Of a stretch of 60,439 nucleotides of DNA, positions 9,601 through 20,500 are shown one piece after another; positions within the stretch are counted from its first letter, which is position 1, and every line of letters starts with the position of its first letter. The DNA is from Euryarchaeota archaeon UBA121 (lineage in GTDB: Archaea > Thermoplasmatota > Poseidoniia > Poseidoniales > Thalassarchaeaceae), in assembly GCA_002499865.1 (NCBI GenBank), contig DANL01000060.1, forward strand, positions 1 through 60,439, given 5' to 3'. A model generated the notes under the pieces. The model had not been told where the DNA came from and searched no databases. It saw nothing but the letters and a program-made list of their open reading frames with translations. The position numbers and the translations under genes are program-made.

Positions 9601-12600
9601 ACAGCGGGGGAATGCTACTATCACAGGGCCAAGAGGACACTCTAGCAATGTTCATCGCTACTCTAACCCAGGGAGATATGAGGTCAAACTCTGGAGAGAT
9701 GACATCCGAGTATCAATCAGTATTGCTCGAAAATATGGAACAATTCCAATTGGACGAGTTCCAAACTATCATGTCCATCGGCGTGGGAGACTCCCAATTA
9801 GTAATCCAGAGATCTATGCAAGTGGTCGCTAATGATGGATCGGTAGATTTACTCAGAGGATTCCAGCTAGATGAAAATGGAATCCCGTCTTCCGATGAAT
9901 CATGGGCTGTATACTTTGATACAGAGCCTTATCTGGAAGAATCTAACGAATCAACAGCGAAATCATCTTTCGATGAGGCCAGAGGAAGGGCGAGTGAGTA
10001 CGACCAAGAAACTACTCACTATATGATTGGAAACTACAGATACACCAGCGATCTAATCGAGGACTTTGACGACGTGTCAACGGGACTCCACAGGCAGAAC
10101 TCGAAACTAGCGATGGCGAGGGCTTTCCTAGTTCAGGCATTTAGCATGGAAGAATTGGTGGACCTATATCACCAGATTACAACAGAGGTATTCTATGATG
10201 TGCAAGACTACGAGGCAGGCCTCGGTGTCACCACTGAGAGGAACAATGATATCAGATATTTTGCAGTAGATAACAGACTCTACCCATTGGGCGGTTCTTA
10301 TTATGCCGACTACAACTACCATAGGGGACAGACCACTGGGATCTTCCATGCGCCAACTGGATTATCGGGGTTAGATCTAGATGACTACATCTCCACTCTT
10401 TATCAGACTCAGAGGGGTGTAGACGGTCCGATTATTCTCAGGACTGCCGATGAATATGAGCAGGAATATCTCAATGATGTAGTAAGGCAGCAGTCAGGTG
10501 CCGCAGCCGACGCCAGCGAAATGATACAGATGGTAGACATAGATTACAACCATCAGGACGCTTTCTTCGACACGATGGTTGCTAGGACATACGTCGGATA
10601 TGGGTCTTCTTCACTGGGCCTACCCGGTGACGCATCACAACCAGCCCCTCACTTCTACATGTACGGCACCCCAGGGTCCTACCTAGAGCCCGGTATCCCT
10701 ATGCCCGGGGCTATGATGAATCACATGGTCCTGGCGAACTGGTACGAACTTCCTTGTGAATTGAACCAAGATGGGGAGAAGATTGATGATAATTGCAACG
10801 ATCCTACCATAGGGTCCGCTAACACACAAGTAAAGATTCTGAAGTACTACAGCGGAGCCACCCTTTCTGGAACCGTTGAACTAGAAGGAGTCGGGCCAGT
10901 GCCAAACGCGAGGCTCCTCATCGAAAGAGACGCTTTCAGCGGAGAAGAAGTCGCCGATGAGATAACAGGGATGGTGACAGACAGAGACCCTAGGACGTAC
11001 TGGATTCCAATCGGAACCACGGACGCAGACGAGAACGGAATGTTCGAGTTTACCGTACCTGCTGGAAAGATCAAGGTTACCGCATTCTTCGGAGAGCCCA
11101 ACTTAGAACAGGCTAGGTCAACAATGATGACAGGTACATACAGTATGACCGAGATCCTCACAGAAGAGAATGAAGAATCCAGGGAGCTAAATCCTGTAAC
11201 AGGAATTCTGGGTAATGTCTCAGGATCTACATGGCTAACTGAGGAGATTGTAAATATTTCAGCATTCGATGGCCATTCCAATGGCGAGGAAGTAATCGAA
11301 ATATCGCTATCTGTCGAGTCTGCCCAAGCTACCGGTCAATTAGTCTGGGCATCTATCGAAGAGTACGATGGAACGGCCATCACAGGGTCCACGGTAGAAC
11401 TAGTGCCACAGTGGGACGAGATTGATATCTCCCCATACTACGCATCTACTTCTGATGGTGAAGTCTCCGGAGAGGGACTTTCATTCAATGGAATCGGGCA
11501 AGTAGAGTTCACAGGACAAGGAACGGTTCAGACAACATCGATCTCAACTATCACAGATTTCACTGGAAACTACACGCAGGAGATTAAGCATAATCACACC
11601 CTTGTCGGAGAGGGGCTATTCGAAGGACGGGGTTCTCTCAGCGGTACTATCAACTTCAACTCAGATGAAGACTCACAAATTTCAGAATGTGGGGATAATG
11701 ACACTATGCCAGAAAACCTCTCGTTCTGCGAGTTATCCTCAGGCGCCCTCTTGATAGATGGGTCAGTAAACGCCACTGGAAGGTACACTTCTAACGGGTC
11801 CACAGAATTTACCCAGAGACTCAGCCACTCTTCACTGGTGGGATCAGGGATCTTTGAGACCGATACTTCCGAAGAGTTAGATCACTATGGAACAATAAAC
11901 GGTACCGGAAAATTCTCCGGAGATGGAATATTCAGTGGACCTATGGTCCAAGCAGGTACGTTCCATCTTAGAGACATGATTCCTGGAATTTACTCTGTAA
12001 CCGCTATCCTCGATGATGGGACCAGAGTTGAGCTAGATGACTCATTCACCGTCCCATCCGCGATTAATCAGGTACAAAAGATTGACATCCAAGGCAGTTT
12101 AATCAGTGGGAAGCTAATCAATTCGTCAGGTGAAGTAGTTGACGGCTATGCAGCTTTACTAGATGACTCGTCAGAGTTTGAGGACGCAACAGCCGACTGT
12201 GCAGACTCGGGACACGCTCCATGTAGGATGTATCCGAATGAAATGGGAGACTATGGAGTCGGCCCCCTTCCTCCTGGAAATTACTCAGTAGCAATCGATG
12301 TAGACCAAGACGGATTCTTCGAAATAATTGAAGAGTTCCCATTCGATTCTGAGATTTATGCAAACGTATTGGTCCCATCTCCTATTCCAGAGATGTTCGA
12401 CCTCAATTTTGAGATGATCAATGAAGGTTCGAACGTTCCCGATCTGAACGTTTCACTTTCCAAGGCAGATGGAGACTCTATGCCCGTGAGCGCAATTTAT
12501 TCTGTAGAAGACGGAGAATACCAAATCGAGCTTACACCGGGCGAATGGATAGTAGACTATGCCCTGTCCGACTCCAAGCAGGTCTGGGAAGAATTCGAAG

Positions 12601-15600
12601 TTTCGTCTGACATGAGTATGCAATTTGAATTCGTAACCAGTGTAGAAGTTACAGGAACGGTCTACTACGAAGAGAACTCCTCAGCATCGTTCAATCCAGA
12701 TGATGGAAAGGTCATTGGAGCAGATACCGTGATCAGCTTCGTATGGGAAGGATTCTCTACGACTGCTATGACAAATGAATCAGGCCAGTTTACAGTAACT
12801 CTCCCTGAAGGAGCAGTAGTTGACGCTACTGTAGAGGGACTGATAGCCGGCTTGGTCAACGGTACTAAGTTCACTGTCTCGACTGGAATGGAGGATATTG
12901 TAATGGTAGCCACACCTGGAACGAATGTTTTCGGTCTAGTCAGTGTCTCAAGAGCGAATAACTTCTACTCCTCCGACCTAATCGGTTGGCAGCAACTAAC
13001 GGTGACAGCTCAAAACGAAAACTATGACGTCACATGGAGAAAATCAGTGGATAATCTTGGAAAGTTCCAGATGATTCTCCCTGATGGGGAATGGACATTC
13101 GAGATAGTTGACTCGGACATCGCCTACTCTCCGGTGACCAAGTCCATAGATTCTGAGAACTTCTCTGTAGAGATGATACTCTCCCCTCCCAATGGGACAC
13201 TTTCCCTTGAGATGTTTATGGATGATTCAGGAGATCTAAACTCCTCAAATGGTACACCAGTATCATATGATTTCGAGATTGTACCATCTTCTCAGGCAGG
13301 CATGGGCAAGAATGTAACATATGACGGATCTGAGTGGATCAGTGAGGGACTAGCTCAAGTCTCACTCGAACCGGGATCTTACAGCGTGATAGTATCCATT
13401 TCCGATGCCACAGAAGGCGATCTATTCGGAACCATGCTGTCTTCGCAAGTAGTACCTTTCGATATTCCTCTTCAAGGAGGATCAGTGGACAGGATTGCCG
13501 CTTTCTTACCTGAGTGGAGAGTTAGTGTCTCACTTACAAATCAGTTCGGAGGAGTCCTCTCGAATCAGGACTTCAAACTAATTAACACCGAAACAGGATG
13601 GACACAGACGCATACTACAGACGCCAACGGAAGCTGGGCCGATCACATCATTCAGGGTGATTGGATTTTGAGTGTAGAATCTCTCATTAACAGCGAGGGG
13701 GCAACGGAAACACTCAGGGCACATATTGTGTCATCACCTGAAACCGCATCGACAGATCTCTCCCTTTCGACGATTGAGGCCGCATCGGTTTCAATTAGCC
13801 TGACTGAGACTTTAGGGGCACCACTCGAAGGAAAGCGAATTGTGGCGGCATCAGATGAGGGGCTCGGAGAAGTCGACTTAACTCCAACGAACTCATCCGG
13901 GATTTCCGAAATACAGCTATTCCCTGGAAACTGGATCATGTCAATGGAAAACGAGGAAGACGGCATAATGTGGATTCTCGAATCTAATGATGTAGTACTT
14001 TCATCCGGAGATAACGGGCAGTTGAATTTCACAGCTGATCGATTCGCAGAAGTCAGTGGCAATGTCTTCTGGGACTTGAACGATAACGGCGTTTACAATA
14101 TCGGAGAAGGGATCAACAATGCTACTTTCGCCATCCTTCCAGGAACTTGTGACGAAAATTCATCCAGCGATTCTACAGTCGTTCAAAACTCAGATAATTC
14201 TGGGGCTTGGTCATCATTCGAGGCCGTAGGGGGTGACTACTGTCTAGAGGTATCAGCACAAGGATTCTCCGACATATCTCAAGAAATCGAGCTAGGAAAC
14301 TCTTCCTTGGAAATAGACTCGATGATGATGGCTGAATTAGTTCAGGTAGGCGGCCAAATTTCGTTTATCGACGCGGATCAATTCTCATCAGTCTCAGACA
14401 CATTGCTGCTGGAGTTAATACCAACATCTGATTACGTCAGAGATACAATCTCTCCGGTAAAGACGATCGTGGACGGAGATTGGAATGGAAACTGGACTGC
14501 CTCAGTCGAACCAGGCGAATGGATAATCAGAGCTTTCTCAGAAGAATTAGGCTTGGTGGCCATGTCTATGGTCAAGGCCGAAGTAATAGATGGGGGTTAC
14601 TCAGACATGGATCTAGCTACGGGAGGATGGGCACTGATTGAGACGCAATGGTTCGATTATGAGGGCGTGTCAATGACTCTGGCAGACATAGATAAACCCG
14701 AACTAAACATCAATCTAGGAGCTGGTATTTCTTGGATCGCAAATCTTGATGAAGAGGGATCGATTAGGGTACTTCTCCCGAGTGGGATTATTGATGTCTC
14801 AAGTGAATTCACTACCTTACAGAGAGGATTGAACATGACTTATTCCGGAGGTCAGGCAATAGGCGTGGAAGCTAGTCAGGAGACCCCGGCCATAACAGTC
14901 TCCCATTCTAGGATACCATTCCGAGATCTTTCGTTGAATGTGATAGGATCAGTAGGAGGGGATGTAGGCCATGATGGCGGAATTTCAGATCTACTTGTAA
15001 CTAAAGATAACGAATCAATGGGATTCAATCCTGTGGAGTTCACCCTCTCTGCTGACTATCTTGGCCATGAGCCTCTGGATACATTCTCTGCTCAGGCCAC
15101 TGTACCGGGTACTGATGGTTCAGAATGGCAGGTTGAGTTCCATAACGGATCAGGAGTGTGGAACACCTCGATGTCCTTTGACTTGGGATTGGATAATTCT
15201 CTCAGTACCTCTGACATCCATGTCAAAGTTACACCTCCAAACCAATCAGTTGCACATTCATTGACGCAGGGACATTCAATTATCCTAAGCTTCTTCACAT
15301 CAGGCGGGTACTCTGAAGAGATTAACGTAAAGGTCAGGATACCACAAATCCATGACTTCTCAGTAGTCTCATTAGATCCGCTCTACGGAGTCTCTCCGGG
15401 TGAGGAAATACAGATACCTCTGCAAATCAGAAACGATGGAAACGGAGACGACAGGTATGTGTTTGATTTCGACGACTCAGAGTTACCCGATGGGTGGGAG
15501 AGAACCGGGTCTACTTCTCATACTCTACCTCCATTTACTACCACTACTCACAGCATCAATGTGATCGCACCAGATAATGCAACAGGCGAATACACGATAT

Positions 15601-16139
15601 ATGCTACTGTAGCTGACAAAGCAGGAAACTCTTACCCAGAGATAGAAATCAATGTTGCCATATCCAATCCAGTGATCTCTATCACATCCCAGCAACTTCT
15701 CTCGGGAGGAGACAATGCAGTTTCTAACAGAGTCAACTCCTGGGTCGTTACTGTTGCCAATGAGGGGCTTGTCGATGCAGAGGATGTTGAGCTAAATGTA
15801 ATACTCTGCAATGACTTGACTTGCCAAAGTGAGGTAATAATGGATACCGAGCTAGGTGATGTTCCAGCCAACTCAGTAGTGAACTTCGACATCAGACTGG
15901 ACCTAGACGGGATCGATCCTGGTAACTACTACCTTAACTTGGAGATCAATGAATCTTCGGTAGAAGGCGAAGTGGTACCATTCGAACCAAATCAGGGAGG
16001 GAGTGTCAATCTAGTAGTTTCTTCACCTGCAGTGGAGTCTGACTCTAGTTGGATTGGCTACATCCTAGGGGGGCTAATCATTGCCGCACTGGCAATGCTG
16101 ACAAGACCCCGCTCAAGAAGGCCAAACGCTCCATTCTGA
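6615..16139 (+). CDS. aglB: giant dolichyl-phosphooligosaccharide-protein glycotransferase (AglB/STT3) fusion protein, 3174 aa
   Basis: Single uninterrupted ORF (GTG at 6615, ATG at 6624). STT3 motifs are DPWY (7869-7880), DHD (8217-8225) and WWDYG (9522-9536), set in a multi-TM region. The C-terminal half is beta-sandwich repeats ending in TM WIGYILGGLIIAALAMLT plus RPRSRRPNAPF. Confidence 0.85.
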   Translation: MKPMNVREDAKADGNSLKELVPVSAILVALVALFLGSEALANGTMENDGYLRILTLPLAAALAASFGRVLSVSELGIPSHFKTGALSILFIAVSAIPELAPELLEIDTIVTFTFTSVGIATMMLVNSNRREEANLLLVAVVGFFLSASLAASTGFGSESWAGTDEEMIDAVRSSMASILFAFWASSISLGLMVVLGMRGTLDTAGDGKLFSGIPSFDIQSDSSRKMMSVLALVFTVQFIPLVWLCSISGDTIVVDGEVVSNALLKYSEHQYLGSVWALMTALVIFVWAFFRSERWQVMAALVAVNWILYSAARLVEIGNPLGIEVLPASSGDSTSAAAWFFLIFWSNVAAYILSIRGYFGDTAPVREHSAMRAWWNANYYGIMISLALFVSLAIRTGWNVLPAMNATGTQLWDMTGGSDPWYMKRVIDYVVAERSHFIFDSDRSYPMGVINPRPPLFSWSLALGGLGLNWLTGSSQDQMVWWSVSAMPAIYGALIVLPLAGIARRVHSDLAGVVTAWLIALMPGHIGHSTFALADHDSFALLFISMAFYFWVRAVEGIRDERLFNETSRNPLYLIAGIREMWMRNPMVMSCATLSGISFATVALGWKGFVYGPGILFLAFSVQAFLNLFRGRDSLPITAAALQMLLTAFVIPLPFYMWPGLDLLFDPSGFQPMFYIIGFTFALGWVTCSFRDKPWLLVVGSGTALFGAILLSLYVLQALNYYNGWDILFTGGFYFSKNKIFGTIGEAQAPSRGVLFASYGPVVSIIAISCAVYLIWRGARKDRQSHLLLGSWTIVAAYMAWSAGRFIFNATPAMAVVGGLGIAMLWKAANPADFLKEYRRAGIGNPSARRRSTFTASRRHPGIPALMMVFLLVASQHATYGIDSGIPRGEEAATDVDQAIYEIAPDFLRWSIGDFSILQDEEYDPDSGMLRYMGTFGPGFNGADWNTAYQWLSEQDTEVGFSERPAFVSWWDYGFQALTQGQHPTVADNFQSGIPHSGGMLLSQGQEDTLAMFIATLTQGDMRSNSGEMTSEYQSVLLENMEQFQLDEFQTIMSIGVGDSQLVIQRSMQVVANDGSVDLLRGFQLDENGIPSSDESWAVYFDTEPYLEESNESTAKSSFDEARGRASEYDQETTHYMIGNYRYTSDLIEDFDDVSTGLHRQNSKLAMARAFLVQAFSMEELVDLYHQITTEVFYDVQDYEAGLGVTTERNNDIRYFAVDNRLYPLGGSYYADYNYHRGQTTGIFHAPTGLSGLDLDDYISTLYQTQRGVDGPIILRTADEYEQEYLNDVVRQQSGAAADASEMIQMVDIDYNHQDAFFDTMVARTYVGYGSSSLGLPGDASQPAPHFYMYGTPGSYLEPGIPMPGAMMNHMVLANWYELPCELNQDGEKIDDNCNDPTIGSANTQVKILKYYSGATLSGTVELEGVGPVPNARLLIERDAFSGEEVADEITGMVTDRDPRTYWIPIGTTDADENGMFEFTVPAGKIKVTAFFGEPNLEQARSTMMTGTYSMTEILTEENEESRELNPVTGILGNVSGSTWLTEEIVNISAFDGHSNGEEVIEISLSVESAQATGQLVWASIEEYDGTAITGSTVELVPQWDEIDISPYYASTSDGEVSGEGLSFNGIGQVEFTGQGTVQTTSISTITDFTGNYTQEIKHNHTLVGEGLFEGRGSLSGTINFNSDEDSQISECGDNDTMPENLSFCELSSGALLIDGSVNATGRYTSNGSTEFTQRLSHSSLVGSGIFETDTSEELDHYGTINGTGKFSGDGIFSGPMVQAGTFHLRDMIPGIYSVTAILDDGTRVELDDSFTVPSAINQVQKIDIQGSLISGKLINSSGEVVDGYAALLDDSSEFEDATADCADSGHAPCRMYPNEMGDYGVGPLPPGNYSVAIDVDQDGFFEIIEEFPFDSEIYANVLVPSPIPEMFDLNFEMINEGSNVPDLNVSLSKADGDSMPVSAIYSVEDGEYQIELTPGEWIVDYALSDSKQVWEEFEVSSDMSMQFEFVTSVEVTGTVYYEENSSASFNPDDGKVIGADTVISFVWEGFSTTAMTNESGQFTVTLPEGAVVDATVEGLIAGLVNGTKFTVSTGMEDIVMVATPGTNVFGLVSVSRANNFYSSDLIGWQQLTVTAQNENYDVTWRKSVDNLGKFQMILPDGEWTFEIVDSDIAYSPVTKSIDSENFSVEMILSPPNGTLSLEMFMDDSGDLNSSNGTPVSYDFEIVPSSQAGMGKNVTYDGSEWISEGLAQVSLEPGSYSVIVSISDATEGDLFGTMLSSQVVPFDIPLQGGSVDRIAAFLPEWRVSVSLTNQFGGVLSNQDFKLINTETGWTQTHTTDANGSWADHIIQGDWILSVESLINSEGATETLRAHIVSSPETASTDLSLSTIEAASVSISLTETLGAPLEGKRIVAASDEGLGEVDLTPTNSSGISEIQLFPGNWIMSMENEEDGIMWILESNDVVLSSGDNGQLNFTADRFAEVSGNVFWDLNDNGVYNIGEGINNATFAILPGTCDENSSSDSTVVQNSDNSGAWSSFEAVGGDYCLEVSAQGFSDISQEIELGNSSLEIDSMMMAELVQVGGQISFIDADQFSSVSDTLLLELIPTSDYVRDTISPVKTIVDGDWNGNWTASVEPGEWIIRAFSEELGLVAMSMVKAEVIDGGYSDMDLATGGWALIETQWFDYEGVSMTLADIDKPELNINLGAGISWIANLDEEGSIRVLLPSGIIDVSSEFTTLQRGLNMTYSGGQAIGVEASQETPAITVSHSRIPFRDLSLNVIGSVGGDVGHDGGISDLLVTKDNESMGFNPVEFTLSADYLGHEPLDTFSAQATVPGTDGSEWQVEFHNGSGVWNTSMSFDLGLDNSLSTSDIHVKVTPPNQSVAHSLTQGHSIILSFFTSGGYSEEINVKVRIPQIHDFSVVSLDPLYGVSPGEEIQIPLQIRNDGNGDDRYVFDFDDSELPDGWERTGSTSHTLPPFTTTTHSINVIAPDNATGEYTIYATVADKAGNSYPEIEINVAISNPVISITSQQLLSGGDNAVSNRVNSWVVTVANEGLVDAEDVELNVILCNDLTCQSEVIMDTELGDVPANSVVNFDIRLDLDGIDPGNYYLNLEINESSVEGEVVPFEPNQGGSVNLVVSSPAVESDSSWIGYILGGLIIAALAMLTRPRSRRPNAPF
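7869..9536 (+). other. STT3 catalytic core of the AglB fusion (first-loop DPWY motif to the WWDYG motif)
   Basis: Motif positions verified in frame with the 6615 start: D419-P-W-Y, D535-H-D, W970-W-D-Y-G. Confidence 0.8.
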
Positions 16140-16181
16140 ACACACTGGTATTTATGTGGCAGTTCCACAGGAACCAATAGA

Positions 16182-17417
16182 ATGCCTGCCCTAGATAGAT
16201 TGGAGCTCATGCCCGAGCCAGAGGATCCTAGGCTACTCACTACCGTTGACCCTAGAGCACCAGGATATCCAGGTTCTGCCTATGGTATGTCCGATGAAGA
16301 GGCTAGAAGACTTCGTTGGCCCTTGGATCCGCTAAAGGAGGCCTTGTGGCCTTGGGGAGCAGTATTCTTCTCACTGGGAACTGTCGCTCTTCTACTAGCT
16401 TGGCCTTTTGTCGATTCCTACTTGGCCCCACTTCTCCCAGATTCAGAGTGGGCATATGAGTCTACGGGGATAAGGGAGCTTCAGGATGGAGGTCTGACTG
16501 GCGAAGGGGTATCAGTTTGTATTGTAGATACTGGTATGGATATACGCCATCCAGATCTCTCAGGAATAAATTTGGCAGGTTTCAGAGATTTCTTTGATGA
16601 GAGTAACCAAGAGGTTAAAGACGTAGGATCAGAATTCCACGGCACCATGATGACAGGGATTTTGGCTTCCAACGGTACCTTCCTCGGAGCCGCTCCCGGG
16701 GCTTCTATTTCCATTGCTTTGGCACTTGGCCCGGAAGGATCTTCCGGCCAACAGGATAGAGTCTCGCTGGCAATTAGGTGGTGTAGGATTACTCAAGAAG
16801 CTGATATTATCAGTCTTAGCCTTGGTTCAGACCCAGGTCAAGGAATGGGTATCGAAACTGAGACAGTAACCGCAGTTCAAGAGGCTCTAGAAGAAGGAAT
16901 CTTCGTCATAGCAGCCGCGGGAAACACCGGTTCAGAATCTTCTGATGTATCCGTGCCTGCAAATATTCAGGGCGTAATAGCCGTAGGGGCGTACAGAAGT
17001 TCGGGGGATATTTGGGGAGATAGCGCTTCAGGTTCCAACATCGACCCTTACAGTGGACAGCCAAGAGAGTATCCTCATCAGAAGCCTGAGATTATAGCTC
17101 CAGGAGTGAACATATTTTCCACATCTTCCACAGAACTCGATCCGTCCTACGCATATTCATCAGGTACTAGCGACTCTACCGTCTTTGTAACTGGGGCTCT
17201 GGCGCTTATTCTGGAGCAATATGGAGATGCCATAGCAGGGGAAGACGGAAAAATAGATCTAGAGGAGATGAGCATGGTAAAGAGGGCACTAGCTAACTCA
17301 GCAAACCAAGACCCCTCCTCCTCGGGGAACCATAGCTCTAGATTGGGATACGGGTCCCTGAATTCGGTTGAATGGGCTAACCAACTCTCTTTTGAGCTTA
17401 ATATCGACGTTCAGTAA
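16182..17417 (+). CDS. membrane-anchored subtilisin-like serine protease (peptidase S8)
   Basis: Catalytic motifs VCIVDTGMD (Asp), HGTMMTGILAS (His), AAAGNTGS (Asn), SSGTSDSTVFVTGALAL (Ser). N-terminal TM WGAVFFSLGTVALLLAWPFV. Confidence 0.85.
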   Translation: MPALDRLELMPEPEDPRLLTTVDPRAPGYPGSAYGMSDEEARRLRWPLDPLKEALWPWGAVFFSLGTVALLLAWPFVDSYLAPLLPDSEWAYESTGIRELQDGGLTGEGVSVCIVDTGMDIRHPDLSGINLAGFRDFFDESNQEVKDVGSEFHGTMMTGILASNGTFLGAAPGASISIALALGPEGSSGQQDRVSLAIRWCRITQEADIISLSLGSDPGQGMGIETETVTAVQEALEEGIFVIAAAGNTGSESSDVSVPANIQGVIAVGAYRSSGDIWGDSASGSNIDPYSGQPREYPHQKPEIIAPGVNIFSTSSTELDPSYAYSSGTSDSTVFVTGALALILEQYGDAIAGEDGKIDLEEMSMVKRALANSANQDPSSSGNHSSRLGYGSLNSVEWANQLSFELNIDVQ

Positions 17418-17504
17418 TGGACGTCACATACAATTGAGCGATAATGGATTCTGATGACCTAACAATCTTGTTTCCTCTAACATTATATCCGCTCCCGATA
17501 CCCC

Positions 17505-20500
17505 GTGGCTATGGCCCGCAGAGATAGATTGAGCTCGACTATTCTAGTAATGTTGATGCTAACCAGTGTTTTCATCGCACTAGTAGGCCCCGCGTCCCCT
17601 GTAGCCGCTTCGAATGAGACCACTTCAGGAACAATAACTGGAACCGAGTACTGGCAAGGAAACCATGTACTTACAGGGGACGTAGTAATCTCATCTGGAG
17701 CTAAATTGGTCATCCAACCCAGTACTAATGTGATTTTTCCAAACGGTACCCATTTGGATGCCAGGGGTAGCCTGTGCATAGGAGTGTCTTCTTGTGGGGC
17801 CAGCGGAAACGCTAATTCTGCTCAGAAAATCACATTCAGCTGGGAGGAACCTGAAAATTCCAGTGCCCAAGGCGAATGTAATGGAATTTCGCAGGGACAA
17901 TTCGAAATTACGATCACCGACCCTTCCTGCTATGAAGGGCTTATCATCAGAGACTCAATTGACCTGTCACAGTCCGGAATCAGGCACACTACTCTAGATG
18001 GTGCATGGGGAATTCCACACTTTGTCGATAACCAAAATGGATTCAAATATGCCGCCCTAGTTCTAGATGGGGCTAGTCCCACACTGACGGAAATGGAGTT
18101 TATCGATATCAACTCCAGTAGCGTTCTAACCACGGGACTCGCTCAACCAGAGTTCATCGGAGGGCAGTATACCGTAGGGAATGATGATGAGAGTGGAGTG
18201 GATGGTCCTGCAGTTCAGATATACAGCTCCGGAACCCCTATCACTCCATTGATCATGTCTTCGCCAGATCTAATCGGTTCTGATAATGGATGCGGGAATA
18301 ATGCTGGAGGCAAGCCAACTGTCTGGGTCGAAGACGCATTCATTGAGATTGATGATGCAGAGATCGGAGTCGGGGATTATGGGATTTCACTGAGATATTC
18401 TTCTGGTTCAGTAACCAACTCAGAGATTTCCGTCAACTGTAACGGTATTGATATTTACAGTCTAAAGAGCGTGGGACAGATTGACTATTACAATACAATC
18501 ACAGGAAACGAGATTGTTACGAATGACAGAACCCCAATCACTGTGTATGGCGGGGCTCATGCTTTTATCAGAGATAACGAACTATCGGGAGCTGGAAGTG
18601 GAAGTGGTATTGCCGTCTTCTCCAGCTATGCGGAGATAACGAACAATGACATTGGACCAATTGGCGGGTGGAACGGACTCTGGATGTACGGGTCTTTTGA
18701 TGTAATTGCTGAAAATAATACGATCTTCGACACTAATAGGGAGGCCATTATCGCTGGAGAGTACGGGAGCAACGCTCCCGCTCCGAGCGCGTCTAGGGCG
18801 TTCCTTGCAAACAACACCATTTCATCTTCTGGCCAAGGAGATTGCACCAGTAATATCCACTTCAACGGGCAGTTCACCTGTCCTGCAGTGATGGCATACA
18901 GGTCCGGACTGACAATGTATGACAACGAAATTAATTCCGGAGGCGAGTCTGATGGAATCAGGTCGATTGGAGCGTTGCTGGACATCAGGAGGAATACATG
19001 GAACGCCGCGGGCTCAGGAGCCGTAATCAAACACTATGATTCAGGATATGCAGGAGACCAACAATACGGGTCTCTAGCTTTCTTCTCTGAGAATACTTGG
19101 AATGGAGTTGGTACTACCTACAATATCACGAAGAGCTCAGTAACCGTACAATCGGAATCTATCCCCAGTCCTCCCACTGGACAGTTTCCAGTGATTCTCT
19201 CGTGGCCGGATCAGGAGGCATGGCCAGCCAATGGTTTCCAGAATGGGATCATACCCACAGACGTTCAAGAGTGCTCCAACTGTGATAATCTCACGCCTAG
19301 GAATTTCCCACTAGCGCTTTCCATGGATAATAACTCCACAGTGATGACTTTTGCTGGTCTGGCCAATCTAGACAGGTCATCTATCTCAATCCAAACCCAA
19401 CCGACTCCCTATGCAGTACAGGTCAGAAGAGCCGAGCTAGTCAAGTTCCAAGCTCTGGTCAACGGAGAGAGGGTCCCGGGTGCCAGTATCCTCATCGAGG
19501 ACGCTCTCGGGAACGATATGTATGATATCGATACCCTTTCCGATGGATATACCCCATGGTTCGCCCTCCCCTCGGACTTCCACCTTGACTTCAGAGGATT
19601 GGGAGGGGGCGACAACCCAGATGGATTCGCAGATGACGAATTCGAGGACTCCTGCTCAGATGGAATAGACAACGATGGAGACCTTCTAATGGACGCGGAC
19701 GATACTGATTGCGACTATACTGCAGGTACTAGAGAGCTCTCTCTATACCGATTCACCGCCTATAAGTTCGGATTCGGATTGGATAGCGGACAATTCACAT
19801 TAGATGACTCTTCATACCAGGGAACTGCGAATCTACTAAATCTGGCGCCCTCTGTTTCCGTCACACAAGACCAAGGCCACTCTTTCAGAAAGGTAGTGAA
19901 TATCACTGGCAACGCTCATGATGGAATTCTCGCCTCATTCTACCCAAGTGATGAAATGGCACAGTGGGATCAGAAAGGATTCGTCCATTCAATCGAAGTT
20001 AGAGACCCATTCACAAGCGGTTGGTCAGATGCACAACTTGCCATCGACTCATCTGGCTCACAATATGGGGAAGTAACTAGTACTAACCATCCTTTCAAAG
20101 AATGGTACTATGAATTGGATATGTCTCAAATGGCCGAAGGAGACTATGTTTTCCAGTTCCGAGCATTCGACGGAATCGACTATAGCCCGATTTCCACTAT
20201 CACCATCAAGCTCAATTCTCAGGCCCCTACTGTCTCGGTAAGCTCTCCAAGTCCATTCTCTACTCACTCTGATGACACAGTGACATTCGAGGGTGCTGCC
20301 TATGATTACTACGGGTGCCCTTCACAATGTGGCAAGGATATCACTGAGATTTATTTCCAAATTGTGGGTCCCAATTTCCAAGTTGTTACACCTGTCTCTG
20401 GAGGTACAGCTTGGTCATGGACATGGGACTTCAGTGGCCAACCCCGAGTAGTGGCGGACTATACTTTCAAGATATGGGCCTCAGACTCCGACTTCTGTAA

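Noticed and set aside
16045-16136. C-terminal anchors of the giants as possible PGF-CTERM/archaeosortase sorting signals
   Set aside because: None of the C-terminal TM segments is preceded by a PGF-like tripeptide or a Thr/Ser-rich linker, and no archaeosortase gene is present in the window. They look like plain bitopic anchors.
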